From the NCBI GenBank assembly GCA_050250875.1, contig JBFWNV010000010.1:22221-86220 (forward strand): a stretch of DNA of 64,000 nt, read 5' to 3'. This stretch comes from Vicinamibacterales bacterium. Its GTDB lineage: Bacteria; Acidobacteriota; Vicinamibacteria; Vicinamibacterales; UBA2999. The notes beneath the pieces were generated by a model. That model worked only from the letters and a program-made list of their open reading frames with translations. It did not search any database and was not told where the DNA came from. Position numbers and translations under genes: made by a program. Shown in pieces: positions 10,856-22,016 of the stretch (position 1 is the first letter of the stretch; each line of letters begins with the position of its first letter).

Positions 10856-11510
10856 AGCCGACGCCGCGCACCGTGTGCAGCAGCTTGGGATCGAAGCTGC
10901 GATCGATCTTGTCGCGCAGGCGGTGCACCAGCACATCCACGGCGTTGGTGCCGGTGTCGAAGCTGTAGTCCCAGACGTGCGAGATGATCATCGCCTTCGA
11001 CACCACCCGCCCCGGCTGCCGCATCAGGAACTCCAGCAGGGCGTACTCGCGCGGCCTGAGTTCGATGGGCACGCCGTGCCGCTCGACCCGCCGCGTCAGC
11101 CGGTCGAGATGGAGGTCGGCGACGGTGAGGGCGGTGGGCTCGGCGGACACCGGCCCACGCCGGGTGATGGCCTGCAGCCGCGCCAGCAGCTCGGCGAACG
11201 CGAACGGCTTGACCAGGTAGTCGTCGCCGCCTGACTGCAGGCCCTTGACGCGGTCGTCCACGGTATGGCGGGCGCTCAGGAACAGCACCGGCGTGGCGAT
11301 GCCGGCCCGGCGCAGCGCCGTCACCAGGCTCAAGCCGTCGAGCCGCGGCAGCATGACATCGACCACGGCGGCATCGTACGGCGCCTGCTGCGCGCGCTCG
11401 AGGCCGACGACGCCGTCGGCAGCGACGTCCACGGCATGGCCCTCCTGCCGGAGCCCCGCCGCGACGAACTCGGCGATGCTGCGATCGTCCTCCACCACCA
11501 GCACGCGCAC
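10836..11510 (-). CDS. OmpR/CusR family response regulator
   Basis: VLVVEDD, DVMLP, GGDDYLVKPF, winged helix ending LLHTVRGVGY; GTG start at 11510. Confidence 0.93.
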   Translation of the reverse strand: MRVLVVEDDRSIAEFVAAGLRQEGHAVDVAADGVVGLERAQQAPYDAAVVDVMLPRLDGLSLVTALRRAGIATPVLFLSARHTVDDRVKGLQSGGDDYLVKPFAFAELLARLQAITRRGPVSAEPTALTVADLHLDRLTRRVERHGVPIELRPREYALLEFLMRQPGRVVSKAMIISHVWDYSFDTGTNAVDVLVHRLRDKIDRSFDPKLLHTVRGVGYVLKVE

Positions 11511-11574
11511 GCCGCCATCGTCCCGTGAGCGGCGGAAGGCCGTCAAGACAGCACCGTGGCGCGCCGCCGCGCCG

Positions 11575-13020
11575 TCAGGTGCGGCGCGCGATCCGGCCGT
11601 TGACGCGGATCCAGCGCACGGCGCCGCCGCCGTCGCGGACGAACTCGAACGGCATGCCGGTGTAGGCGCCGCTGACCGCGTACGCCACGTCGGGCCCGTA
11701 GAAGACCACCGCGGCCTCCGGCTGGCCGCCGCCGGTGGCGACGACCAGCCGCGACCCGTCGCGCCGCACCACCACCTCGCCGACCGGCGGCCGCGCGTAC
11801 TGGCCGACGTACTCGGCCAGCGGCGGCTGCGTCGCCAGCGGCATGCTGTGCAGGCTCATCGCCTCGTTGACGCCGCGGTGGCCGATCCGTTGTCCGGGCG
11901 CGAGCGTGGCGTCGGCGTACCGCTTCAGCACCGCGTGCTCGACGTCCTGCACGAGGCGCCAGCCTTCGACGTGGTTGGTAAGCACCGCGAAGGCCAGGCC
12001 GTGCGCCGGCACGAGCTGCACCAGCAGGCAGTGGCCGTTCAGCGTGCCGCCGTGGGCCAGCGTCGTCGTCCCGCCGAGCCGGCGGACGTGCCAGCCGATC
12101 CCCATCTCGTCGTCGGTGCCGTGCTTCGGCACCTGCCCGCGCTGCATCTGGGCCAGGCGCGGCCGCTGCAGGTACTGGCTGCCGTCGCCGGCGCGGCCAT
12201 CGCCGAGGTGGAAACGCGCGTAGCGCATCAGGTCGCTCAGCGAGGTGACCACTCCGCCGGCCGTGGTGCTCGACGTCGTCTGGAACGGCCGAATCACCTC
12301 GGTGCGGCCGTCGAGCTCGCGGTGGCCGAGCGTCACGGGATGGGTGAGCACGTCGGTCAGGCGGGTGAAGGTGCTGGTGAGGCCGAGCGGCGCGAACACC
12401 AGCTCGCGGAGCGCGTCGTGGATGCCCCGGCCGGTCAGCGTTTCGATCAGCCGGCCCGACAAGGCGAAGCCGGCGTTGTTGTAGCTCCACGTCTCGCCGG
12501 GCGCGGCCAGTTGCGGCAGGGTCGGCATGATCGACGACACGAAGTGGGCGAGCGCCTCGGCGCCGCGGTCCTCGGTGGTCAACTGGCCTTCCCAGCCGGG
12601 CGTGTGGGTCAGCAGGTGCCACGGCGTGACCTGCGCGGTGGCCGCCTGGTCGCGCACCCGGAACCCCGGCAGCACCTCGTGCACCGGGGAATGGAGCTCG
12701 AGCGTCCCCTGCTCGACGAGCTTCATCACCGCCGTCGCGGTCATCGTCTTCGAGATCGACGCGATGGTGAAGAGCGTGTCGGCGGTGATCGGCCGCGGAT
12801 CGTCGACGCTGGTCACCCCGAACCCGCGCAGGTGCAGCTGGTCGGCGTGCCACACGCCGAGGGCGACACCCGGCACGTGATAGCGCGTCATCGCATCGCG
12901 GACCACCGCCGCGATCGCCTGGAAGCGATCGTCGGTGAGCGGGGCGGCCGGCGACGGTTGGGCGCGGGGGGAGACGAGGGCGGCAGCCCCGGACAGCTGG
13001 AGGAACTCCCGGCGATTCAT
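11575..13020 (-). CDS. Serine hydrolase (class C beta-lactamase family), Tat-exported
   Basis: MNRREFL Tat motif; SxxK (ASISK), LLTHT, YNN, HGG motifs. Confidence 0.88.
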   Translation of the reverse strand: MNRREFLQLSGAAALVSPRAQPSPAAPLTDDRFQAIAAVVRDAMTRYHVPGVALGVWHADQLHLRGFGVTSVDDPRPITADTLFTIASISKTMTATAVMKLVEQGTLELHSPVHEVLPGFRVRDQAATAQVTPWHLLTHTPGWEGQLTTEDRGAEALAHFVSSIMPTLPQLAAPGETWSYNNAGFALSGRLIETLTGRGIHDALRELVFAPLGLTSTFTRLTDVLTHPVTLGHRELDGRTEVIRPFQTTSSTTAGGVVTSLSDLMRYARFHLGDGRAGDGSQYLQRPRLAQMQRGQVPKHGTDDEMGIGWHVRRLGGTTTLAHGGTLNGHCLLVQLVPAHGLAFAVLTNHVEGWRLVQDVEHAVLKRYADATLAPGQRIGHRGVNEAMSLHSMPLATQPPLAEYVGQYARPPVGEVVVRRDGSRLVVATGGGQPEAAVVFYGPDVAYAVSGAYTGMPFEFVRDGGGAVRWIRVNGRIARRT

Positions 13021-13059
13021 GCGCGGGCAGTGTACGTCGTTCCTGTTATCGTGCCGCGC

Positions 13060-13575
13060 ATGGCCCCCATTCCTCGCCCCGCGCCCGCCATCGGCCCGCG
13101 GGTCATCGCCGCAGTGCTGTGCGCGCTGTCGGCCGGCGCCCCGGCCACCGCGCAGCCGCCGGCCGACGCCGACGCGATCCGCGCCGCCCGCGCCGCCTCG
13201 AACCGCGCCATCGCCGCCCACGACGTCGCCGGCATCGCCGGACACTGGCTCCCCGACGTGCACATCGTCACCTCGACCAGCGCCCAGGGGTCCGGCCGCG
13301 AGGCCAATGGCGAGCGCATGGCGCAGCAGTTCGCGCGCCGGCCCGACACCGTCTACGTCCGCACGCCCGCTCGCGTGGACGTAATGGGCGCTTGGGCGGT
13401 GGCGTCGGAATCGGGCACGTGGACCGGCCGCTGGACCGAGCCCGACGGCGTCGTCGAGATCGCCGGCACCTACCTGGCCCAGTGGCGCAAGGTGGACGGC
13501 GCGTGGCGGATCCAGGCGGAGCTGTTCGTGCCGACGACGTGCCGCGGCGCGCGCTACTGCGCGGCCCGGCCGTGA
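13060..13575 (+). CDS. Secreted NTF2-like (DUF4440) protein
   Basis: Signal peptide, then AIRAARAASNRAIAAHD...GTYLAQWRK...WRIQAELF. Confidence 0.75.
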   Translation: MAPIPRPAPAIGPRVIAAVLCALSAGAPATAQPPADADAIRAARAASNRAIAAHDVAGIAGHWLPDVHIVTSTSAQGSGREANGERMAQQFARRPDTVYVRTPARVDVMGAWAVASESGTWTGRWTEPDGVVEIAGTYLAQWRKVDGAWRIQAELFVPTTCRGARYCAARP

Positions 13576-13588
13576 TCGGCGCCGCCCG

Positions 13589-14329
13589 TCACTGCCAGCT
13601 GCCGTACATCGGGTTCGGCACGACGAAGTAGCGGACCCCGAACTCGGCGAAGACGGCCGCCGGACCCTTGGCCAGCGCCTGGCTGAGCTTCGGGAAGTCC
13701 TGGATGTTGTCGCCGACGAAGGCGACGACTTCGAGGGGCGTCGCCCCGGCCGGCGTCTTCCCGGCGGCCACCGCCTCGAAGCGTGGATTCTTGTCGGAGG
13801 GCGAGCCGTCGGGACGGCAGAGCATCGCGTCGTAGACGAGCTGGTGCGCGATGAACACGGCGGCGGTGTCGTCGCACTCCGACTGGAGGCGATTGGTGAC
13901 GATGGCGACCCGGCCGCCGAGCGCGCGGACGCGGGCCAGGAATTCGCCGGCGCCGGGCAGCGGCGTCGCCTCGCGGCGCTTCACCCAGGCGTTCCAGCTC
14001 TCCGCCGAGAATCCGGCGCCGATCGCCGCCCGTTCGCGCTGATAGGCGGCGTTGTTGATCACGGTCTCGTCGGCGTCGAGGATCACCGCCCAGGTGCCGG
14101 CGGCGCGGCCCGCCGCGACGCGCTCGACGTGCGCGGCGGCCAGCCGATAGGTCTGGTGGAACGCCGCCTGGAATTCGGCCGACTGCTGCACCCAGCGGAT
14201 GCTGTCGGGCACCGCCGCCGGCGCGGGCGTTGCCGCGACCGGCGGACGGGTCGGGGCCGGCGCGGGTGCGGTGCGGGTCGCGCACGCGGCAGAGAGGGCG
14301 ACGACGAACACGGTCGAGAGGCGACGCAT
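13589..14329 (-). CDS. Class C acid phosphatase / 5'-nucleotidase lipoprotein (e(P4) family)
   Basis: Lipobox-like LSAAC; HAD motifs ILDADET, VTNR, VGDNIQDF, PNPMYGSW. Confidence 0.88.
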   Translation of the reverse strand: MRRLSTVFVVALSAACATRTAPAPAPTRPPVAATPAPAAVPDSIRWVQQSAEFQAAFHQTYRLAAAHVERVAAGRAAGTWAVILDADETVINNAAYQRERAAIGAGFSAESWNAWVKRREATPLPGAGEFLARVRALGGRVAIVTNRLQSECDDTAAVFIAHQLVYDAMLCRPDGSPSDKNPRFEAVAAGKTPAGATPLEVVAFVGDNIQDFPKLSQALAKGPAAVFAEFGVRYFVVPNPMYGSWQ

Positions 14330-14419
14330 CCCCGAATGATACGCGCGCCAGTTTGGCCCGTTCCTGCGCTGTCGCGCGCCCACGTTGCGTCGGCGCCGCT
14401 CCGCGCATACAGTGCCGGG

Positions 14420-14812
14420 ATGGCGGTCCCCGACCTCAAGCAGGTCACCCGCGAGATCCTGCAGGGCTTCTGGAAGGTCCATATCCTGCATCACGCCGCC
14501 GCGCATCCCGTCGTCGGCCAGTGGATGCTCGCCGAGCTGCGCCGTCACGGCTACGAGATCAGCCCGGGCACGCTGTATCCGCTGCTCAAGCGCATGGAGC
14601 ACAATGGCTGGCTGCGCTGCGCGGTCGAAAAAGGCGCCGGGCCGCGCGCCCCGCGCTACTACACGCTGACACCCCTCGGCCGCGCCGTGCTGGCCATCGT
14701 CAGCGACAAGGTCGGCGAGCTGCGCCACGAAACGCACGAGGGCCCGAAGGGCCGCGGCAAGGCGCTGATCCCGACGCGCGCCCGCGCCGGCGGCGCGCGC
14801 CGCGCCTCCTGA
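14420..14812 (+). CDS. PadR family transcriptional regulator
   Basis: ISPGTLYPLLKRME..GWL and RYYTLTPLG. Confidence 0.88.
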   Translation: MAVPDLKQVTREILQGFWKVHILHHAAAHPVVGQWMLAELRRHGYEISPGTLYPLLKRMEHNGWLRCAVEKGAGPRAPRYYTLTPLGRAVLAIVSDKVGELRHETHEGPKGRGKALIPTRARAGGARRAS

Positions 14813-14827
14813 TCGGCGTTTGGGCCG

Positions 14828-14846
14828 GTAGTCGGTTTTCGACTAC
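14828..14846. promoter_or_regulatory. Palindrome upstream of tolC, putative operator
   Basis: GTAGTCG-GTTTT-CGACTAC, 13 nt before the TolC ATG. Confidence 0.35.
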
Positions 14847-14859
14847 AGTAGCCGACCAG

Positions 14860-16263
14860 ATGGATCCGGCCATTCGCCGGTCGGTCGTCGTCGCGGTCGC
14901 CCTCACGGTCGCCGTCGGCACGACGACGCTGACCGCCCAGACCCTGCCCCAGCCTCTGACGCTCGATGCCGCCCTCGAGCATGCCGCGGCGAACTATCCG
15001 GCGCTGCGCGCCGCCCTCGAGGTCGTCGCCGCGTCCGAGGCCACCGTCGATGCCGCCAGGACGCAGTACCTGCCCCGTCTCGACGGGCTGTGGCAGGTCA
15101 ACCGCGCCACGGTCAACAACGTCACCGGACTGCTCTTCCCGCAGTCGGTCGTGCCGTCGATCTCCGGTCCGCCGTTCGCGGCCACCAGCGGGCAGAGCGT
15201 GTGGGGAAGCGCGATCGGGGCGCTGCTGTCGTGGGAACCCGTCGACCTCGGCCAGCGGCGCACGGCGGTGCGCGAGGCCGAGGCGGCCGTGGCCCGCGCC
15301 CGCGCCGGCCAGACCCTGACCCGGCTCGAGGTCCAGCACGCGGTCGGCACCGCCTACCTGGCCGTCGTCGCCGCCGAGCGGATCCTCGCCGCCGCCGACG
15401 CCGATGTCGACCGTCGAACGGTGGTGGCCAGGACGGCCCGTTCGCTGGCCGATGCCGAGCTTCGACCGGGCGCCGACGCGTCGCGCGCCGAGGCGGAACT
15501 GGCCGCGGCGACGACCCGCGCCGTCCGCGGCCGCCTGCAGGTTGCGATCGCCCGCGCTGCCCTGGCCCGGCTGCTCGGCACCGACACGCTGCCGGCCCTC
15601 GACACGAGCCGGATCCTCGCCGTCGTGCCACCCGCGCCCCCCGCCGCGACCGCGCCCACGGCGCATCCCCTGGCCGTCGCCCGCCAGGCCGCCGTGGACG
15701 AGGCGCGCACCCGTGACGACGTGCTGGCCACCAGCTGGCGGCCGCGGGTCTACCTCCAGTCGAGCGTCTTCGCCCGCGGCACCGGCGCCAACGAGGACGG
15801 GCGGCTCGAGGGCGGCGCCGATGGACTCGGGTTCGAGCGGGCCAACTGGGCGATCGGCTTCCAGGTGGTGCTGCCCAATCTGTTCGACCGGGCCGCGGTT
15901 CGCGCCCGGCGGAGCGCCGCCGGCGCGATGGCGCGCGCCGAGGCCGCGCGCTACGACGAGAGCCTGCTGGCCATCGCCGCCGACCGCCAGGTGGCGGCGG
16001 CCGCGGTCGCCGCCGCTCGCGAGGTCGCCGCTCAGACACCGGTGCAGCTCGCCGCCGCCCGGCTCAGCGAAACCCAGGCCCGCGCCCGCTACGACGCCGG
16101 TCTGGCGCCGCTCACCGACGTCGCCGACGCGCAGCAGCTGCTCGCCGCCGCGGAGGCCGAGCACGCCCAGGCGCAGATCGACGGCTGGCGGGCGCTGCTG
16201 GCCCAGGCGGTCGCCGCCGGCGACGTCGCCCCGCTCGTCGCCCTTCTCCGGAGCACGCCCTGA
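14860..16263 (+). CDS. TolC family outer membrane efflux protein
   Basis: Signal peptide, [24 protein letters not shown]; first gene of the RND trio. Confidence 0.88.
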   Translation: MDPAIRRSVVVAVALTVAVGTTTLTAQTLPQPLTLDAALEHAAANYPALRAALEVVAASEATVDAARTQYLPRLDGLWQVNRATVNNVTGLLFPQSVVPSISGPPFAATSGQSVWGSAIGALLSWEPVDLGQRRTAVREAEAAVARARAGQTLTRLEVQHAVGTAYLAVVAAERILAAADADVDRRTVVARTARSLADAELRPGADASRAEAELAAATTRAVRGRLQVAIARAALARLLGTDTLPALDTSRILAVVPPAPPAATAPTAHPLAVARQAAVDEARTRDDVLATSWRPRVYLQSSVFARGTGANEDGRLEGGADGLGFERANWAIGFQVVLPNLFDRAAVRARRSAAGAMARAEAARYDESLLAIAADRQVAAAAVAAAREVAAQTPVQLAAARLSETQARARYDAGLAPLTDVADAQQLLAAAEAEHAQAQIDGWRALLAQAVAAGDVAPLVALLRSTP

Positions 16264-16265
16264 CC

Positions 16266-19200
16266 ATGGGTCTGATTCGCGCCGCGCTGCGGCGGCCGCT
16301 CACCGTGCTGGTCGCCATCGTCGCCGTGGCGCTCACGGCCGGCTTCGCCGTGAGCCGGATGCGCGCCGACATCTTCCCCGACCTCGACCTGCCGGTGATC
16401 TACGTGGCCCAGCCGTACGGCGGCATGAGCCCGGCGCAGATGGAAGGGTTCATCACCTACTACTACGAGTACCACTTCCTCTACGTGAACGGGATCGAGA
16501 GCGTCGAGTCGAAGTCGATCCAGAACACGGCGCTGCTCAAGCTGACCTTCCATCCCGGCACCGACATGTCGGAGGCGCTGGCGCAGACGATCGGCTACGT
16601 CAACCGGGCGCGGGCGTTCATGCCCCCGGGCACCGTCGGGCCGTTCATCATGCGCTTCGACGCCGGCACGGTGCCGGTCGGCTACCTGGTCTTCCGCAGC
16701 GAGACGCGCAGCCTCGGCGAAATTCAGGACCTGGCGCTCAACCGCGTGCGGCCGCAGTTCGCCACCCTGCCCGGCCTCACCTCGCCGCCGCCGTTCGGCG
16801 GCAGCCAGCGCACGATCGTGATTCGCGTCGATCCGGATCGGCTGCGCGCCCACGGCATGTCGCCCGACGAGGTCATCGACGCGGTGACCTCCGGCAACGT
16901 CATCATGCCGTCGGGCAGCGTCAACATCGGCGACGAGACGCGCATCTCGCCGGTCAACACCGTCGTCACCGCCATCGACGAGTTGCTCGACCTGCCGATC
17001 CGCACCGGCGCCGGTCCGCCGGTGGCGATCCGTGACGTCGGATCGGTGGCCGACAGCACCGACATCCCCAGCGCCTACGCTTTGGTCAACGGCCGCCGCG
17101 CCGTCTACATCCCGGTCACCAAGCGGCCCGATGCCTCGACGCTCAGCGTCGTCGCAGAAGTCAAGGCCAACCTGGCGCGCTTCCAGGCGCTGGTGCCCGA
17201 CGACATCGCCGTGTCCTACGAACTGGACCAGTCCACCAACGTCTCGTCGGCGCTCACCACCGTGGTGGTGGAGGCGCTGCTCGGCGCGCTGCTGACCGGC
17301 CTGATGGTGCTGCTGTTCCTGCGCGACGGCCGCAGCGCGGTGATCGTCGTCCTGACCATCCCGTTCGCGCTGCTCTCGGCGGTAGTCGCGCTCTGGGGCG
17401 CGGGCCAGACGATCAACATCATGACCCTCGGCGGTCTGGCCCTGGCCGTCGGCATCCTGGTGGACGAGGCCACGGTGGCGATCGAGAACATCCACACCCA
17501 CCTGGCCCGCGGCACGGCCACGGCGCGGGCGGTGCTCGACGCCAGCGGCGAGGTCGTGGTGCCGCGGCTGCTGGCGATGTTCTCGGTCGTCGCCGTGTTC
17601 GTGCCGTCGTTCTTCATGACCGGCGTCTCGCGATCGCTGTTCGTGCCGCTGTCGCTGGCGGTCGGGTTCGCGATGATCGCGTCGTTCCTGCTGTCGAGCA
17701 CGCTGGTACCGGTGCTGTCGGTATGGTGGCTGCGCGGCGCCACCGGCCACGGTGAGGGGCGCACCGACTGGGTCGATCGGCTGCGGGATCGGCTGGCCGC
17801 GCTGCTCACGCGGCTGGCCCCGGCGCGCGTGCCGCTGGTGGCCGTCTACCTCGTGGTGGCCCTGGGCATCGCCGCCGCCCTCGGCTCGACGCTCGGGCGC
17901 GAGATCTTCCCGGCCAGCGGCGTGAAGGCGTTCCAGCTGCGGTTCCGCGCCCCGGCCGGCACCAAGTTCGAAGTGACCGAACGGCTGGCCGGCGCGGTGC
18001 TGGACGTCATCCGCCGCGAGGCCGGCGGGCACGTCGCCATCACGCTGGGCTACGTCGGCGTGCAGCCGACGTCCTATCCCATCAACAACATCTTCTTGTG
18101 GACCGCCGGATCGCACGAAGGCGTGCTGCAGGTGGCGCTGTCGCCCGACGCCCCCGGCACCCTGGAGTCGCTGCAGGCGTCGCTGCGCCGGGCCTTCGCC
18201 GCCGAGTTCCCCGACGCCCGCTTCTCGTTCGAACCCGGCGACATCGTCAGCCGGATCATGAACTTCGGCGCGCCGACGCCGATCGAGCTGGCCATCGCCG
18301 GCCCCGACTTCGCCGCCAGCCGGGCATTCGCGGCCAGGGTCTTCGATCGGCTGCGCGGCATCGCCTCGCTGCAGGACCTCCAATACGGCCAGGCGCTCGA
18401 GTACCCGGCGATCCAGGTCAACGTCAACCGCCAGCTCGCCGGCCAGCTCGGGCTCACCGTGGACGACGTCGGCCGCTCGTTCGCCGCCGCCACCTCGTCG
18501 AGCCGGTTCGTGGCGCCGAGCTACTGGGCCGATCCGCGTACCGGCATCGCCTTCCAGGTGCAGGTGCAGGTGCCGCAGCCGCGGATGACGACGCTCGAGG
18601 ACCTGCGGGTGGTGCCGGTCACCGCCGGCGGCGCGCCGACCACGCTCGGCGATCTCGCCCGCATCGAGCCGGCGACCATCGTCGGCGAGTACGACCGGCT
18701 CAACGGCCAGCGCATGGTGACGATCACCGCCAACATCGCCGGCGCCGACCTGGGCCGCACGGCCGCCGACGTGCAGGCGGCCGTCCGCGCCGCTGGCGAT
18801 CCGCCGCGTGGCGCCGCCGTGCTGGTCCGCGGGCAGATGGCTGCGCTCGGCGAGACGCTCGGCAACGTCACCGCCGGGCTCGCCGTGGCGGTCGTCGTGA
18901 TCTTCCTGCTGCTCGCCGCCAACTTCCAGTCGCTGCGCCTCGCCGTGGCGGTGCTGTCCACCGTGCCGGCGGTGCTGGCCGGCGTGGCCGTGCTGCTGCG
19001 CCTGACCGGCACCACGCTCAACGTGCAGTCGTTCATGGGGGCGATCATGGCGGTGGGCGTCGCGGTCGCCAACGCCATCCTGCTCGTGACCTTCGCCGAG
19101 CAGCGGCGCCGCGCCGGGGTGGCGCCCGTGGCCGCCGCCATCGACGCCGCCCGGGCCCGGCTGCGTCCGGTGCTGATGACCAGCGCGGCGATGATCGCCG

Positions 19201-19412
19201 GCATGGTGCCGATGGCGCTGGCCTTCGGCGAAGGCGCGCAGGCCACGGCGCCGCTCGGCCGCGCCGTGATCGGCGGCCTGGCCGCCGCCACGGTGGCCAC
19301 GCTGGTCGTGCTGCCGTCGGTCTATGCGTTGACCCAGCACGGCGCGGCGACGGCATCGCCGTCGCTCGACCCCGACGATCCGGCCAGCCCCCATCACACG
19401 CAGGTGGCGTAG
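16266..19412 (+). CDS. RND efflux permease subunit
   Basis: 1048 aa; [50 protein letters not shown]. Confidence 0.95.
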   Translation: MGLIRAALRRPLTVLVAIVAVALTAGFAVSRMRADIFPDLDLPVIYVAQPYGGMSPAQMEGFITYYYEYHFLYVNGIESVESKSIQNTALLKLTFHPGTDMSEALAQTIGYVNRARAFMPPGTVGPFIMRFDAGTVPVGYLVFRSETRSLGEIQDLALNRVRPQFATLPGLTSPPPFGGSQRTIVIRVDPDRLRAHGMSPDEVIDAVTSGNVIMPSGSVNIGDETRISPVNTVVTAIDELLDLPIRTGAGPPVAIRDVGSVADSTDIPSAYALVNGRRAVYIPVTKRPDASTLSVVAEVKANLARFQALVPDDIAVSYELDQSTNVSSALTTVVVEALLGALLTGLMVLLFLRDGRSAVIVVLTIPFALLSAVVALWGAGQTINIMTLGGLALAVGILVDEATVAIENIHTHLARGTATARAVLDASGEVVVPRLLAMFSVVAVFVPSFFMTGVSRSLFVPLSLAVGFAMIASFLLSSTLVPVLSVWWLRGATGHGEGRTDWVDRLRDRLAALLTRLAPARVPLVAVYLVVALGIAAALGSTLGREIFPASGVKAFQLRFRAPAGTKFEVTERLAGAVLDVIRREAGGHVAITLGYVGVQPTSYPINNIFLWTAGSHEGVLQVALSPDAPGTLESLQASLRRAFAAEFPDARFSFEPGDIVSRIMNFGAPTPIELAIAGPDFAASRAFAARVFDRLRGIASLQDLQYGQALEYPAIQVNVNRQLAGQLGLTVDDVGRSFAAATSSSRFVAPSYWADPRTGIAFQVQVQVPQPRMTTLEDLRVVPVTAGGAPTTLGDLARIEPATIVGEYDRLNGQRMVTITANIAGADLGRTAADVQAAVRAAGDPPRGAAVLVRGQMAALGETLGNVTAGLAVAVVVIFLLLAANFQSLRLAVAVLSTVPAVLAGVAVLLRLTGTTLNVQSFMGAIMAVGVAVANAILLVTFAEQRRRAGVAPVAAAIDAARARLRPVLMTSAAMIAGMVPMALAFGEGAQATAPLGRAVIGGLAAATVATLVVLPSVYALTQHGAATASPSLDPDDPASPHHTQVA

Positions 19413-19416
19413 TCCC

Positions 19417-20604
19417 ATGACCGTGCTCTCACAGCCTTTCATCCGTTCGTGGCGTCGGCGTCTGGCGTTGGTGCCGATCGCGGCGTTGACCGCTGGCTGC
19501 GGCGGCGGCACGGCCAACGCCCCGGCGACGCCCGCGGCCACCGCGGCGGCGGCCACCGAACCCCGCGCCATCGACGTCGTCGCCGTCGTGCAGCAGCCGC
19601 TCGAAGTGGACCTCACGCTCGCCGGCGAGCTGACCGCCTACCAGGCGGTGGCGGTGCACGCGCGCGTCGAGGCCTTCGTCAAGACGGTGCACGTCGATCG
19701 CGGGTCGCGGGTGGGCGCCGGCGCCCTGCTGGTCACGCTCGATGCGCCCGATCTGGTCGCCCGGCGGGCCGAAGCGCAGGCGCGGGTCGCGTCGGCCGAA
19801 GCCGAACTGGCATCGCGCCGCGCCCGGGCGTCGGCCGACGCCAGCACGTTCGCAAGGCTGAAGGCCGCGGCGTCCACGCCCGGTGTGGTCGCCGGCAACG
19901 ACCTGGCGATCGCCGAGAAGGCCATGGACGCCAGCGCCAGCGAGGTCGCCGCCGGCGAGCAGGGCGTCGAGGGCGCGCGCCAGGCGCTGGCCGCCGTCCG
20001 CGAACTCGAGGCGTACCTGCGGGTGACGGCGCCGTTCGACGGCGTGATCACCGAGCGCCTCGTGCATCCCGGCGCGCTGGTCGGCCCTGGCGAGTCGGCG
20101 CCGATGCTGCGGCTGGTCGATGCGCGGCGGCTGCGCCTCGTGGTCCCGGTGCCCGAAGCCTACGCCGCCGGAGTGAAGCCCGGGGCTGCGATCCCCTTCT
20201 CGGTGGCCGGCTATCCGGGGCAGCCGTTCACCGGCACGGTGGCGCGCCTCGCCGGCGCCGTGGACGTCGCGACGCGCACCATGCCGGTCGAGCTCGACGT
20301 CGCCAACGGCGACGGCCGGCTCGCGCCGGGCACCTTCTGCCAGGTGCGCTGGCCGGTGCGCCGCACCGCGCCGTCGCTCTTCGTGCCCGCGGGCAGCGTG
20401 GCGTCGACCACCGACCGCACCTTCGTCATCCGCGTGAAGAACGACACGGCCGAGTGGGTGCCGGTGCGCACCGGCCTCTCTGCCGGGCCGCTGCTGGAGG
20501 TGTTCGGCGCGCTGGCGCCGGGCGACGACGTCGCGGTCCGCGGCACCGACGAGATCAAGTCCGGCGATCCCGTACGCCCGCGCCGTCCCGCGCCGAAGGC
20601 CTAG
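19417..20604 (+). CDS. RND periplasmic adaptor (membrane fusion protein), lipoprotein
   Basis: LTAGC lipobox; VTAPFDGVITER, VDVATRT, LAPG. Confidence 0.92.
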   Translation: MTVLSQPFIRSWRRRLALVPIAALTAGCGGGTANAPATPAATAAAATEPRAIDVVAVVQQPLEVDLTLAGELTAYQAVAVHARVEAFVKTVHVDRGSRVGAGALLVTLDAPDLVARRAEAQARVASAEAELASRRARASADASTFARLKAAASTPGVVAGNDLAIAEKAMDASASEVAAGEQGVEGARQALAAVRELEAYLRVTAPFDGVITERLVHPGALVGPGESAPMLRLVDARRLRLVVPVPEAYAAGVKPGAAIPFSVAGYPGQPFTGTVARLAGAVDVATRTMPVELDVANGDGRLAPGTFCQVRWPVRRTAPSLFVPAGSVASTTDRTFVIRVKNDTAEWVPVRTGLSAGPLLEVFGALAPGDDVAVRGTDEIKSGDPVRPRRPAPKA

Positions 20605-20627
20605 AGCGGAGGGGCTTCGTCGCGCGC

Positions 20628-20651
20628 GTAGGGCAGAGCTTCAGCTCTGCC
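20628..20651 (+). repeat. GTAG-family REP-like palindrome
   Basis: GTAGGGCAGAGCTTCAGCTCTGCC; 22 nt identical to 4339-4360. Confidence 0.7.
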
Positions 20652-20689
20652 TCCGGTAGGTATACTCGGCCGGCGGCGCCCCAACCGCC

Positions 20690-21886
20690 ATGGCTGAGAC
20701 TTCCCGATTGGCGCTGCCCCGCTCGGTCTGGATGCTGGGCCTCGTGTCGCTCCTGATGGACACCTCCTCGGAGCTGACGCACAGCCTGCTGCCGCTGTTC
20801 ATGACCACCATGCTCGGTGCCGGCGTGATCGCCGTCGGCATCGTCGAGGGTGTGGCCGAAGCCACCGCGGCGGTCGTCAAGGTGGCGTCTGGCGCACTGA
20901 GCGACCGCTGGCGCCGACGCAAGCCGCTCGTCGTCGTCGGCTACGGGCTCGCGGCGTTGTCGAAACCGGCGTTTCCGCTGGCCACCTCGGTCGGAGCGGT
21001 CTTCGCCGCCCGGTTCGCCGATCGCCTCGGCAAGGGCATCCGCGGCGCGCCGCGCGACGCGCTGGTGGCCGACGTCACCCCGGAGCCCCTGCGCGGTGCG
21101 GCCTACGGACTCCGACAGGCGCTCGACTCGGTGGGCGCGGTGCTCGGACCGGCGCTGGCCGTGCTGCTGATGGGGTGGCTGGCGGGCGATGTGCGCCTGG
21201 TGCTGTGGTGGGCGGCGGTGCCGGCGCTGCTGGCCGTCGTGTTGCTGGTGGTCGGGCTCGAGGAGCCCTCCGCGCCCACCCGCCGCGAGCCGGCGCACCG
21301 GCCGCGGCTGGCCGGCATGGCCGCCCTGCCGGGAGGTTTCTGGCGGGTGGTCGGGATCGCCGTGCTGTTCACGCTGGCCAGGTTCAGCGAGGCCTTCCTA
21401 GTGCTTCGCGCCGACAGCGTCGGGCTGCCTGCCACACAGGTACCGCTGGTGATGGTCACGATGAGCGCCGTTTTCGCGGCCGGCGCCTACCCGGCCGGCG
21501 TCGCGGCCGACCGGATCGGCGGCCGCGGCCTGTTGCTGGGCGGTCTGGCCGTGCTCGCGCTGGCCGACCTGGCGCTGGCCCGGGCGACGACGCCGACGCT
21601 CGTGCTGGTCGGCGCGGCGGGGTGGGGCCTGCACCTGGCCTTGACCCAGGGCCTCTTCTCGGCGCTCGTCGCTGCCGCCGGGCCTCCGGCCCTGCGGGCG
21701 ACGGCGTTCGGCGTCTACGGTCTGGCCACCGGCGCCGCGCTGCTGGCCGCCAGTGTACTGGCCGGAGCCTTGTGGCACCTGGCCGGTCCCGCGATGACGT
21801 TCTACGTCGGGGCCGGCTTCGCGGTCGTGACCATGTTCGGCGCGATCGCACTCGGCGACGAGTCGATGGGTCGTAGGCTGTCCTGA
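20690..21886 (+). CDS. MFS transporter
   Basis: About 12 TM; GALSDRWRRRK, DRLGKGIRGAPRDAL. Confidence 0.9.
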   Translation: MAETSRLALPRSVWMLGLVSLLMDTSSELTHSLLPLFMTTMLGAGVIAVGIVEGVAEATAAVVKVASGALSDRWRRRKPLVVVGYGLAALSKPAFPLATSVGAVFAARFADRLGKGIRGAPRDALVADVTPEPLRGAAYGLRQALDSVGAVLGPALAVLLMGWLAGDVRLVLWWAAVPALLAVVLLVVGLEEPSAPTRREPAHRPRLAGMAALPGGFWRVVGIAVLFTLARFSEAFLVLRADSVGLPATQVPLVMVTMSAVFAAGAYPAGVAADRIGGRGLLLGGLAVLALADLALARATTPTLVLVGAAGWGLHLALTQGLFSALVAAAGPPALRATAFGVYGLATGAALLAASVLAGALWHLAGPAMTFYVGAGFAVVTMFGAIALGDESMGRRLS

Positions 21887-21967
21887 CCGGTGGCCGATGA
21901 GTGCGGGCCGGAGGACGCTTCCCTGCCGCGGAACGCGAGATCCCGCGATGTCCCGCCGTGCCGGAAC

Positions 21968-21983
21968 TGGCATCGTCGTTGCT
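21968..21983 (+). promoter_or_regulatory. Putative sigma-54 (-24/-12) promoter
   Basis: TGGCATCGTCGTTGCT matches TGGCAC-N5-TTGCW with GG-N10-GC spacing, 33 nt before the PEGA gene. Confidence 0.6.
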
Positions 21984-22016
21984 TCGCCGGGGTGCGCGCC
22001 TGTCTCGGAGCTTCCG

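Noticed and set aside
11575-13020. Antibiotic-resistance beta-lactamase
   Set aside because: Motifs fit the broad serine hydrolase family; nothing shows beta-lactam specificity.
16266-19412. Defective RND because of DE in TM4 and no Lys in TM10
   Set aside because: Such variants are, to my knowledge, common in this RND subfamily, and the operon is intact.
16089-19616. 1175-aa minus-strand ORF and similar long antisense ORFs (33549..36593, 43816..46596, 52606..55485)
   Set aside because: Shadow or alternative frames of real genes in high-GC DNA; Arg/Gly/Ala-rich with no motifs.
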